Made by a program: the position numbers and the translations under genes | Shown: in pieces, positions 35,465 to 47,759 of the stretch | How the letters are laid out: each line of letters starts with the position of its first letter | Numbering within the stretch: the stretch's first letter is position 1 | The notes under the pieces: model-generated | Seen by the model: the letters and a program-made list of their open reading frames with translations, nothing else | Told to the model about the DNA's origin: nothing | Databases searched by the model: none | NCBI GenBank assembly: GCA_030704615.1 | Contig: CM060731.1 | Span: forward strand, 44,020,001-44,084,000 | DNA length: 64,000 nucleotides | Direction: 5' to 3' | Source: Takakia lepidozioides | Lineage: Eukaryota; Plantae; Bryophyta

Positions 35465-38140
35465 GACCATAGCCTTGTGGAGGAAAACTAGTATAATTTA
35501 TTCTAGCGACGACTGAAGGTCGGAGACTAGTTTAGCGTAGAGCAGGCCATAGTGCCACGTCATCGTAATGCACTGCCCGTACGCATCATCCTGACGTCGC
35601 AGGTTTTGATTGCCTACGTGGAGGCCTGCTATTGCCTGTAGCATGTGTCCTTCTTTTCATCTCGTATTTAGTGTCCTTCGTGTGTCCTTTATGATGTGAC
35701 AGGGCTGAAAGACCTACTCAGCAGGTCACTTTATGACCTGCTCCATCCGTAGCGACAATGACATTACGTCCCGTAGCGCACTGGAGCGCGACCGCTACGG
35801 GCAGTAGCAGGTCGCTGTGACTGGCTCGACGCTCCCGGCGTCTGGCCACGCACAGCTCCTGCTACCGCCCATAGCGGCCGCGCTCCAAAGCGCTTCCTAG
35901 TACGTAGCACATCATCGTAACGTCGGAGACTAGTTTAGCGTAGAGCAGGAATAGGGTGCCATAGTGCCATGTCATCATAGACACATCATCGTGGTTACGC
36001 CATCATCGCCCTGTCATCGACGTCACGCCACGTCGTCGTTGCCAGCCATGTCATCGTCGTCATTTTTGTGTGTCAGTTATAACGGAGCCTTGCAAAGTTG
36101 GCAGCGATCAATCATCTCTTGTCGGTTTGTCAGGACAATGCATCCGTAGAAGAAGCTGGGAGCGTGGACCCTATGGCAATTGCAGGATATATTATGTACT
36201 AGAGAACGGGCCCTGTTTGGCCGATTCTGCCCTGTAAGCGGCCTTTGGGCGAGCCCGTCAGGACGACAGACCATAACCGATTTTTAGAGCAGATTCGCTG
36301 ACATGGCGTGTTTCTACTGGTTTTGAGGAGGGGTGTTGTATGTGGTATTCTACGACCTATTAGATTTCAACTACCTACGCGGCTTGGTAGGTCCTAACTC
36401 CCTGCTATATCCGGTGGTGGTAGGTACATACAAGGGTAAACTGACTGGCTCGCTGCCCTAAAAACCGGTTATGTCCGGTAGGGCTCGAGAGGAGCCCCTG
36501 CTATTGGATATAGCAGGAGCCAGGACCTACCGAGCCGCGTTATAGCGGCGAGGTGTCATGGCGACATGCTATATCCGATAGCAGGGCTCCTCTCGAATGC
36601 TACCTAGTCCATAGCTTTGTGGAGGAAAACGAGGATAATTTATTCTAGTGACGACTGAAGGTTGGAGACTAGTTTAGCGTAGAGCAGGAATAGGGTGCCA
36701 TAGTCCCACGTCATCATAGACACGTCATCGTCGCCATGTCATCATAACCACGCCATCGTCACCACATCATCCACATCACGCCATGTCGTCCATGTCATCG
36801 TCGTCATTTTTGTGTGTCTGTTATAACCTAGCTTTGCAGAGTCGGCATCGATCAATCATCTTGTTGGTTTGTCAGGACAATGCATCCATAGAAGAAGTTG
36901 GTAGCGTGGACCCTGCGGCAATTGCAGGATATGTTATGTATTCAGGGACCTCACTGATACTGTAGAGGCCGCTCTATTTCGACGGACCCCTGCCGGAATC
37001 ATTAAATACATGCCAGGATCGGCAGGCTTACTGACAATATTTAATTTTTTCGTTCAAGCTTCATCCAATTTTTCAGGAATTCGGCATTCATGGGTACTTC
37101 TCATTAAATTAGGTGTTCCATGTCACGATTCACATACAGTTGACATTCTCTGTCGCAGGTCATAGTTATGGTTAGCCATAACTCTATGGCAAGCCATAGT
37201 CATGGTTAGTGGTAAACATGTTTAATAAGTCTCAAACTTTAATTTATTTTTTTTCCTTTCAAACTTGACGTTTTCACTGCCATATTGCCACCTTTTGTTT
37301 TCAAAGTTCATCTTTTTAAATGAAGATTATTCCCATTTCATCTACTCCCAGGGCAAAATTTTAAAATATTTGTTATCTCTTAAAGTGAATTAATTAATGT
37401 CGGAATAGAGCGACCTCTACGGTAGATGTATAGATGCGTTTGACACTTAGAACAGTTTATATAGCTACCGGGACATTAAATTAAACTCCAAACTATTTGA
37501 AATCTACACCAATTGCAAACTAATATGAAAAAGATACCATATAAACAAATGGTCAGAGGGGTTAGAAAGGAGCCAGGTCGCTGCTGTATTGAGGTATTTT
37601 CATGCTACTTGAGGGGTGTGGTATACTCTTCTACCCCTTCCATTGGGTGGTGTCCCATTTCTACGCCTCATGGCAGGGTTACTGTGAAAGAGGTTATTTT
37701 CTCCTCTCACTATCAATGGTCCTGATTTGCGAGCTGTCACTCCCAGGTGTTTCCCTTTAAAAAAAAATTGAAAAAAATGATGAGCAACGGATAAACAACC
37801 GATTTTCGGTCCGGATGAAACAAATGCAACGAAGGGGAAAATAGAGAAGAGGGGTTCACCTCTACCTCACTTCTAGGGCATAGATAGAGGTAGTTGTATC
37901 AAACAATGAAATTTGGGTACCCACCTTATTTTGTGAAAATTGAACGTTGTTTCTCAAAATTTGTCGCTAGTAGTGCGGAGCAACGCGAAGCCCTAGTTCT
38001 AGCGATGACCGAAGGTCGAGAGCTAGTTTAGCGTAGAGCAGATATAGGGTGCCTTAGTGCCACATCATCGTCGCCACGTTTCGTAGCCATGTCATCGTAA
38101 CCACATCGTCGCCACGTTTCGTACGTCGTCAAAAAAATTT
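35465..38140. mobile_element. Nest of small non-autonomous elements and fold-backs
   Basis: GACTAGTTTAGCGTAGAGCAG repeat at ~35525, 35927, 36667, 38022. Inverted-repeat pairs at ~35775-35895, 36274-36472 and 36485-36596. Confidence 0.65.
36960..37422. mobile_element. Tc1/mariner-type MITE with TA target duplication
   Basis: TA|CTGTAGAGGCCGCTCTATTTCGAC ... GTCGGAATAGAGCGACCTCTACGG|TA (24-bp TIRs, 3 mismatches). Confidence 0.75.
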
Positions 38141-38294
38141 GAAACTGCACGGACTGCCGGAAATGCCCGAAAATTACCGTATCTTGCAGCGCGGGGAAGC
38201 GACGATGATGCCCCAGCGTGGTTGAGCGCGGAGGGGTGTCACACACCGATCTCAGAGGGAGATCCTACATGCTGCACAACCTTTTTCACAAATA

Positions 38295-41200
38295 ATAGAG
38301 AGAGGAGAAGCTCTGGAATGAATACGTTCAGATTCATCCAAGAGGGCCGGATTTCAAGCTCCAGAGAGGTCCATGCTGCCATTGAAAGCTGGAATCGTGC
38401 CAACTATCATTGTGGACACTACTGTGGTGGACATGTATGCCGAGTGTGAAGAATGCAAAGGCAGTGTTCGACAGTATGGCTTACCGAAATTAGTCTCTTG
38501 GAATCTGATGGTCGCAGGGTTTGCCCAGCATGGATGTGGGATGGAGGCATTGGAGACTGTACGATGTGAAGAAGTTTGTCCTTCCTACAAATGTGGGCTC
38601 TTAGCTCCTGTTAGTACCATGATTTGGTATTCTTCCTGATGTTTACAAGGTTCTTGGGAGAGTCAGCTTGGTCTAAGCAGGTCGTGTTTCAATCTCTGCC
38701 TGCTTAGCTGCACCGTGGTGGTTCACACAGACCAATCCGACATTACCTTACTACATACACAAGCAGCACACACACGAGGTCATTTTGGGTTGATGGTCTC
38801 CATGGGTCACAAGGTCAAGGACAATGTGGTGAGGGCACCTTCTTCTTCAACCTATTTCAGCCTGTTTTTCCCTCTCATCAGACTCGGCCCTGAGATGCAT
38901 ATTGAATTTTGTAAGTTATCTCGTTGGGTAGATCTGTGGTGGTTTGGAGTGACTTTGACAAGTGATTGCCGATGTGGCAGCAGGAAAGCATCCGAAAACA
39001 GATAACAAAGATGAGGAGAAGCTTTGGAATGAACACTTTTCCGACCCGAGGGACAATGGAGACAAAAAGGTGAATGCCTGTTGGACTACAGAGAGAAGCG
39101 GATGAAATTCAGAATTGGAACTACTATAAAAGTAGGGTTAAAATGTCTGCTGGAAGAACTTCATGCCGTCAGTCCTAAATTTCCATGTTGAATTCTGCAA
39201 GTTAGTTGGTTGACTGAATCTAGTTTGGAGTGACTTTGACATGATACTGCCAATGCGATAACAGGAAAGTATCCAAAAACAGGTAACAAATATGAGGAGA
39301 GGGTGTGGAATGAATATTTTTCTGCCCCCAGTCAATGGTGGGACAACAGAGGCAAAATGTTGAACGCCTACTAGATGACAGAGAGTAGCAGACGCAATTC
39401 AACATAGGAACTAGTGTGATTGGGTGTTTCCTAGAACAAATCTAGGTTGTCATTGTCAACTGCTAACAACAAGGGCAAAGATGAATGTATGATTTGTGCA
39501 GAGGCATGGATAGCTGAAGGAGAAGGGATAGAGTGTGGGTCCAGATATCCAAGAGGGCCAGATTTCGAGCACAAGATTACGTATGATTTCATGTGGATCA
39601 ATAGCTACAAGAAACCTGCATGCGTAGATGGTCAATTAAAGGCAGCAGCTGCAGCGGCACCTCAACCCTGACCACAGCTTCTGGAAGAGGATCAAGAGAG
39701 GGAGTCCACAATGCCTCTTTTAGCACTTCTGGGCATGTGAAGATGCTTTGTGAGGCAAGCAGACTGAAAGAGGCTCTACAGACTTTAAACCAAGGAGGAA
39801 TTTCAGCAGATTCAGATACGTATGTCTGTCTCTTGCATAAGTGCATCAAGATGAAAGGCCTTGAAGCTGGAAAGCAGGTGCACACGAGGGGTGAAGCCCA
39901 TCCACATCACGTTCGTTTGTGTTTGCAATACGTGTGCAAGCCCTGGAAAAGGGGAGAGAGGCTCATGATGACATCGTCAAAGCTGGAATTGTACCAGATG
40001 TCATTCTGAACACTGCTCTGGTGGACATGTATGCCAAATGTGGGTGCATTAAGGATGCAAGGCAGTTTTCAACAATATGGCTGAACGAGATGTGGTGTCG
40101 TGGAGCGTTGCTTGCAGGGTATGCACAGCAGGGACGTGGGGTGGAGGCTGTGGAGACCTATGAGCAAATGATGGGGGAAGGGGTGAAGCCCAACCACATC
40201 ATGTTTGTGTGTGTTTGCAATGCGTGTATAAGCCTGGTAGCTCTGGAAAAGGGCAAAGAGGCCCACGGCGACATTGTCAAAGCTAGAATTGTACCCGATG
40301 TCATTCTGAACAATGCCCTCGTGGACATGTATGCCAAATGTTGGAGCATCGAGGATGTGAAGGCAGTGGTCAACAATATGGTTGAATGAAATGTGGTGTC
40401 ATGGAATGCGATGCTTGCAGGGTATGCACAGCAGGGGCGCGGGATGGAGGCTTTGGAGACGTGTGAGCAAATGATGGTGGAAGGGGTGAAGCCCGACCAC
40501 ATCAGGTCTGTGCGTTTGCAAGCCTGGCAGCCCTGGAAAAGGGCAAAGAGGTGCATGGTTGCATCGCAAAAGCTGGAATTGTACCAGATGTGATTCTGAA
40601 CAATACCCTTGTGGACATGTATGCAAAATGTGGGTGCATCGAGGATGTGGAGGGAGTGTTTGACAGTATGGTTGAACGAGATTTGGTGTCGTGGAGTGCG
40701 ATGATTGCAGGGCATGCATAGCAAGTGCGCGTGATTGATGGGGGAAGGGGTGAAGCCCAATCACATCACGTTTGTTTCCATTTGCAATGCCTGTGCAATC
40801 CTGGCAGCCCTGGAAAGGGCAAAAAGGTCCATGGTGACATCGTCAAAGCTGGAATTGTACACTGCCCTGGTGGACATGTGCACCCTGTGACAAAGCAGGT
40901 GCACACTCACATTATCCTAAGTTGCTCAATTTGTATGGTGTTCAACTGTTGCGGGCATCACCTTAGTAGTTTTGGAGTGACTGTTCCCACTGATAGTCAG
41001 GTGCCCGAGGAACTGGAATTTGCATTCCAGTGAAATATTAACACATCTAATGTGCCCCATTTTTCAAAAATGAAGATTTCCAGCGTTCCCATGGGGTTAA
41101 GGCTTCATGAAGGCACTGCTAATGAAGGCCCTTCTTCAACACATTTTGCCCTGTTTTTCCCTCTAATCATAATCGGCCCTAAATTTCCATGTTGAATTCT

Positions 41201-42002
41201 GCAAGTTAGCTGGTTGAGTGAATCTAGTTTGCAGTGACTTTGACATGATACTGCCAATGTGACAACAGGAAACTATCCAAAAACAAGTAACAGAGATGAA
41301 GAGAAGCTGTGGAATGAATACTTCTCTGACCCCAGTCAATGGTGGGACAACCAAGGCAAAAGGTGAATGCCTAACAGATTACCAGATGTCATTCTAAACA
41401 CTGCCCTAGTGGAAATGTATGTCAAATGTGCGTGCATTGAGGATCCAAATGGAGTGCTCGAAAGTATGGCTGAACGAGATGTGGTGTCGTGGAGTGCGAT
41501 GATTGCAGGCTATGCACAACAAGGGTGCGGGATGGAGACTTTGGAGACCTATGAGCAAATGATGTATGAAGGGGTGAAGCCCAACCACATAACGTTTGTT
41601 TTGCTTGCAATGCATGTGCAAGCCTAGGAGCTCTGGAAAAGGGGAAAGAGGTCCATGGTGACAACGTCAAAGCTGAAATTGTACCAGATGTCATCCTGAA
41701 CACTACCCTGGTGGACATGTATGCACGAGATGGAGGCTTTGGAGACCTATGGTGAAGCCCAACCACATAACGTTTGTTTTTGTTTGTAATGCGTGTGCAA
41801 GCCTGGGAGCTCTGGAAAAGGGGAAAGAGGTCCATGGTGACACTGTCAAAACTGGAATTGTACCAGATGTCATCCTGAACATTGCCCTGGTGGACATATA
41901 TGCAAAATGTGCGTGCATTGAGGCTGGACTTGAGGGGGATGTCCCTGTGGGGACTGCCCTTGTCAGCATGTATTACAGGTGCGAGAGTTTGATGGATGCC
42001 AC
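38295..42002 (+). pseudogene. Cluster of decayed PLS-PPR genes with N-terminal OSB-type PDF motifs
   Basis: Frameshifted repeats such as [22 protein letters not shown] and VVSWSAMIAGYAQQG. PDF-motif pieces EEKLWNEYFSDPSQWWDN and PRGPDFEHKIT..MWIN. Confidence 0.9.
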
Positions 42003-43159
42003 CACTAGAGGAAAAACGCGGAATAACCACTTTGGCAACCACTCATTTTGAGTGGGAAAAGACACCCAACCACTCTGGCATGTCTAGTGGTATACCAGTA
42101 GATCTTGACTCAGCAGTGGTTAAAGACATGACGTGTCCAAAGTGGTTAACGACAGTGGTTACGATCACTTGCCTCCGAGTCCAGCTGTTCGCTTACGTGT
42201 CACAATGGTAAGCCAGGTCACGTCTGACGTGTCACAGTGGCAAACTAACCACTTCAGAACATAGTGATTCCAACCACTTCCACCGTATGCGACGTGGACG
42301 CATCAACTCCGTCGATCATACTTAGCAATGGACGGACACGTATCCGTATCCATATGGACACGTGGACGAATCCGGTTGCACAGTTATGTTGACCACGATC
42401 TGAACACGTGGTTCACCATTCAAAAAACACAATAGAATCCAAGAGAGAAAGTGCAGGAACAGAGTCAACAGAATCCAGCCATGAACAAGGGTGACATACT
42501 ACATCTACACTACGTCTCCGCAAGCATGCTAAAAGCCATGAACTACTTTCCGCCTTTTCCTCACTGCCAGCGATGTTTATGCCCGGTCGAACCATACTTC
42601 TAACCCCTCCTTAGGTTCTTCTCTGGCCAAAGGGTGTTCCTACCAAGGACGTGGTCCAACTCGGTTTGCGGTGGGTCATCTTCCTCATTAGGATGAGGCA
42701 ACACACAATGTGAAACATGGACATACTGGACCTCAACACGGTACACGCCTTAGGAATAACTCGACAGTGATATGTGTCTTTGCCAGGCACACCAGTGACA
42801 ACTCCAGTGCCGACCCTATGTCATGATGATAAAGGATCATACAGGTGGACTTTGTCCTTCATCTTAAACTGCACCCAACACCCACCACAAAATGCATATG
42901 AATCAACCCATGAAGTCATACATGTACTGATGGTATTGAAAGCTAGAGAATGAGGAACGTCAACTACAATTAAAAACTGAAAAAGTACAGTACTTTTGGT
43001 AGCATAAGTGGATCTGTGAGAGTGGCAGGGGGTTGAATTGTGGGGGTTGGCTTTGATGCAGGCGCAATTGGTGTAGTGCATGTGGAAGTATGAAGAGCAG
43101 CTTTCTCAGCCTGCAAACATCACCCCCCAACACCCCTTAGAACTTTAAAGTCTTGTAAA

Positions 43160-46100
43160 TGTCACAGCCATGTACCCAACATGGCTAAATGACCACATTC
43201 TTCAACAAACATAGCCAACAGGGAAGGCTTATGGGTGCTCACCTCTAGTACGGGGATTACAGCAGGACCAGGTGCCTCCTCAAGGCCCACCTGATCCTTA
43301 CTCCCGCTAGATGCTGGTGTTATGTCGCCAATTGCATCAGCCATTTTGAAAGTGTCTTTGGCAGCAGTGGCTCTAGTCACACGTTCAGCTTTTCGTGTTT
43401 GTTTCTTTTCAGCTCCCTTCACGACGGCTGGGGCAGGCTCCTCAGCTTTTCTCCCCTATTTACATGCCAGAAACAACATGGTACAGTACATGAGTACTTA
43501 CCAACATGTTCATAATGCATTCATGGTTGTATTGGTGTCACGCACACCATTAAATAAAACATACATGAGAGTAACAGATGACGGACAGTCTGCCCAAGAA
43601 AATGAAACAAGATAAAGTCTGGGAGGAGGTACCTCTTTCTGTGGGGAAGTTGCCTAGTGAGGAAAAGGTACAATCTTGTCTGCCAACACCCTACTGTCAC
43701 CCTTACCAGCACTGTCAATGGAGCAGACGTCATCACTAGCAGCCAGTGCTGTCCCACCTGCACCTCCCTTCTTGCGTGGCAATTTTTCAGGAGCCCCCTT
43801 GCGCCCCACCCGTACAGTAGTGATTACAGGGTCCTCAACCACTGAATGTGGCTTTTCCCCAACTTGTGGAGCTTCTTCCTGCACCTGAGCAAAACATGCC
43901 ACAGCAGCTCATCTCAAACTCAAGAAACACTTTAGGGACGCCAAAAAATAAATACGTGGGGTGAAGAATAATGTAACCCACCTCTTGCACAAAAGTGTTG
44001 CCTTCCAAGCCTGCGTCATCATCCACTGGTGCAATTAAAGGACATGTTGGGATAGCAATTGGAGGAGGGGCGGGCGTCGATATTCCCAGCATCATTTCCA
44101 TCAATGCATCCAGTTTTTGGGCATTGTCCTTGGGAGCCTTAGCCACTTCAGCTTTTATAGTGGCCAATGCGCTCTCAATCGTGGGGATCTGGGTTTCTGA
44201 CAAGGCAACCACACTACCCTCAAGATGGGACAGTCGAGCCTGCATCGCACTCCCTCCTCCCTACAAACCCAAACAACATGGAGATAATGAGTTTGTATGG
44301 TCTGTCTGCTGATGCAAGAAATCTAGGTAGTGACAAAGTAAGGGCCGCACGACATTTACCTCTACGTCATGACATGACTGGGTGCCATATCCTTTGTCCA
44401 CCTTTGCGGCGTGTGCCAGCTCAGTCAAGCTTGGACTGCTTGCTCGGTCTTTCTTCTACCAATGCCACAACAAACACAAGTAAACCCCTACTCATGAAAT
44501 CATTTCCAAGTTTACAGAGTCAAGACTGTACCACCACTTTGCAACAAACTCACAGGGCGCCTCTACTATCCTACTCCATGCACATAGACCATGTAAATAT
44601 GCATACTCATATACATATACTAATACATGTGGTGCAGGTATTCATATTACCAAGCACCTTGCCTGTCCAGCCATCCCTGCTCTTCCAACCCTCGATGGGT
44701 TGGTAACACTGGATCGTGCTCTCCTCATGTTCTCACTCTCTTTTTGCCCCTTGGGGGACTCCCAATACTTCACCAATGCATCCCAATGGGTGGACTCTAC
44801 ACTCGGAGGGCATGAACCTCCAGCCTCCACCCCAACTTCAATTTCTGGTGGTACACTTTTACAATCCTCCCACATGCTGCATGGAACTTGGATACGCTCA
44901 TAGGTTGAGGATTGTACTCAAAATCCTCGTCCATGGCTTCCTTAACCTTGGCCATGTCACTGGGTTCTTGCTTGTCTGCTAGTAAAATGCTAGGATCAAG
45001 ATCTCTGATGCACAGTCCCCGCAAGGAGCTCTGCCAGTAATCCTTCCCCTCACACCCCTAGTCTACTGCCCCCTTAGAGTTTAGTTGTACCTTGTGCGCC
45101 TTCAGCCCAACGGCCTTTCGGGATTTGGCATTAGTGTCTTGTGCCTTTGAAGCGTGCCTCTTTGCACGTTTTTTGGACCACCATTAAAAGGGGGGCATGC
45201 CCACTGCCCACCAGCAGTGGGACAAGGAGGTGCCCAAGTTTGGGCAGCTCCTTGTACCCTTGCTCCATTCCCTTCGGAATTGGACCCACCTGGTATCCAT
45301 GACCATGAATTGGTTGTGGGTAGTGGGGCCATGGGCTGCTGCCAGGTAGGCGGTCCTTGCTGCAGCCACGTTTGCCTGCCTGTGGACTATACCCATGGCC
45401 CATTCGGGGCTTGTTGCACCCATGTCGTAGGTGGACCAGCAGCAAGAGCCACAGCCTGAGGTCCCCCTTCCTTTGCACGCTTTGATGCAGCCTAACACAA
45501 GCCCCTCCACCCCACAAAGTTGGAACTTAGGGAAAAAATGAAGTGGCATGGCAAAAGTTGAACCTGCATGCTAGCAATGAATGCATACAGACCTTGGCCC
45601 AATGTGCTGTAAAATGTTTGGCATCCGATGCTGTGAATGCATGGAACGTCATGCTCTGGCAACCTTGCAATGACCCACATCCATTTCCATATTACAAAAT
45701 GTACACTGCCCATTCCAAAATACCCTCCCTCATGCATTCAGGGCCGAGTCTGATGAGAGGGCAAAATAGACTGAATTTAAACTTAGTGGGGGTAAGCCTA
45801 TATGTACCCACTATTGTAATTAAAAAACCCATGACAAAACCAAGTTGTATTGCAGCTGACTCCCTCCCTCTCTCTGAAATCTAAACTGTTCGGGGTTTTC
45901 TAAGCAGACAGACCCTCTCGTCAAATCTACCAAAGGAATTCTGCCTGTACCTTTGTTGACCAAACAATGTGGGCGCAAGGTCAATGGGCATGGCAAACAA
46001 CGGCAAACAACATCTTGGGAGTACACTCATTCTTACAGGTACAATTTCATATTGATAGATCTGACAAGAAAGTCTCGCTGCTTAAAAAAACCCCTTTCAC

Positions 46101-47416
46101 TATTCAATAAATTGAAGAAGAAGGTGCCATCACCACCACCCAACCTGCTAACTTCCAGAAATTCAATGCATTCAGGGCCGAGTATCATGACATGGCAAAA
46201 CAGGCAGCAATAGGTAGAAGAAGAAGGTACCCTCACCACCACCCAGCCAGCTACCTTATAGAATTCAACATGCATTCAGGGCCGAGTCTGATGACAGGGC
46301 AAAACAGGCTGCAATACGACAAGGAAGAAGGTACCACCACCCAACCAGTTAACTTACAGAATTTCGTTCGTCTCAAAGATTGTTGGCCGAGCAATTCTTG
46401 TATGGGACGCTAACCGCTTTCACCACTTTGATTCAGGGTCGAGTCTCTGATGACAGGGCAAGACAGACTTCAATAGGTCAACGAAGAAGGTGCCCTCACC
46501 ACCACCCACCCAGCTAACTTGCAGAATTCAACATGCATTTGACAGGGCCGAGTTTGATGATAGGGCAAAACATAACGCGAATACGTCAAAGAAAAAGGTG
46601 CCTCACCACCACCCAACCAGCTAACTTTAGGGTTTAACATGCATTCAAGGCTGAGTCTGATGAGAGGGCAAACCATGCAACAGTAGGTCAAAGACTAAGG
46701 TGCCTTCACCACCACGGAACCAGCTAACTTCAGAATGGCAACATGCATTCAGGGCCCAATCAGATGAGAGGGCAAAATAGGCTGCAATAGGTCAAAGAAG
46801 AAGCTGCCCCCACCACCACCCAACCTGCTAACTTGCAGAATTCAACATGCACTCAAGGTTGAGTCTGATGAGAGGGAGAAATAGTGTCTGGCCGTCAAAG
46901 AAGAAGGTGCCCTCACCACCACCCAACCACCTAACTTCAGAATTCATTTTGCATTCAAGGCCGAGTCTGATGAGAGGGCAAAACAGGCTGCAATAGGTTG
47001 AAGTTGAAGGTGCCCTCACCACCACCCAACCAGCTAACTTACAGAATTTAACATGCATTCAGGGACAAGTTTGATGACAGGGCAAAACAGGTTGCAATAG
47101 GTCAAAGAAGAAGGTGCCCTCACCACCACCCAACCAGCTAACTTTAGGGTTTAACATGCATTCACAGCTGAGTCTGATGAGAGGTCAAAACAGGCTACAA
47201 TAGGTCAAAGAAGAAGGTGCCCTCACCACCACCCAACTAGCTAACTTTAGGGTTTAACATGCATTCACGGCTGAGTCTGATGAGAGGGAAAAACAGGCTG
47301 CAAATAGGTTGAAAAAGAAGGTGCCCTCACCACCACCCAACCAGCGTACTTACAGAATTAAACATGGTCAAAAACTAGGTTTGTAAGACTTGTACGAAAG
47401 ATAATGTGACTTACCT

Positions 47417-47459
<43 letters not shown>

Positions 47460-47759
47460 AGAAGAGAGAGGTCTTAGGGATCCCACCGCCATCTTGTTAG
47501 TCTCCTTAGTGGGGGTGGCAGTCCTAGCAGGCCGCTTGGCATGAGTCATTTGTGGACGAGCTAGCTCAAGTTTGTTAGCACTGTCCACGTTCTCCTCCTC
47601 TACGCTCTCGCTCTCTGGTGAGTAGTCTGCACTACGTGTCGCAGCACTATCATCCTCCGAGTTCTTCTCCAAGTCGCTCGACTCCTTCCCCCCCACACCC
47701 ATGTGAACAGGAGTATTTGCACTCAAACGACTACTTCTTCGCAATGGGCCATTCCACAT
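43160..47759 (-). pseudogene. CACTA accessory (TnpA/ORF2-like) spliced gene, disrupted
   Basis: STHWDALVKYWESPKGQKESENMRRARSSVTNPSRVG resembles the W..LV.YW.S...N...R motif of plant CACTA ORF2. Other exon-like ORFs at 47412-47759 and 43981-44240; the exon structure is uncertain. Confidence 0.5.
45731..47365. repeat. Tandem array of about twelve 103-104-bp monomers inside the CACTA element
   Basis: Consensus CATGCATTCAGGGCCGAGTCTGATGAGAGGGCAAAACAGGCTGCAATAGGTCAAAGAAGAAGGTGCCCTCACCACCACCCAACCAGCTAACTTNCAGAATTCAA; cores at 46967, 47071, 47174, 47277 and others. Confidence 0.95.

Noticed and set aside
45600-45665. PPR-like peptide SDAVNAWNVML inside the CACTA element
   Set aside because: Too short and lacks the flanking PPR consensus; probably chance
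45731-47365. Tandem hammerhead ribozymes (CTGATGAG in most monomers)
   Set aside because: No stem II followed by a conserved GAAA (usually GGGCAAAA), the core varies (TTGATGAC, TCATGAC), and no convincing stems I or III
45731-47365. CRISPR array
   Set aside because: Eukaryotic context, 103-bp monomers are mostly contiguous with only two inserts, and there are no cas genes
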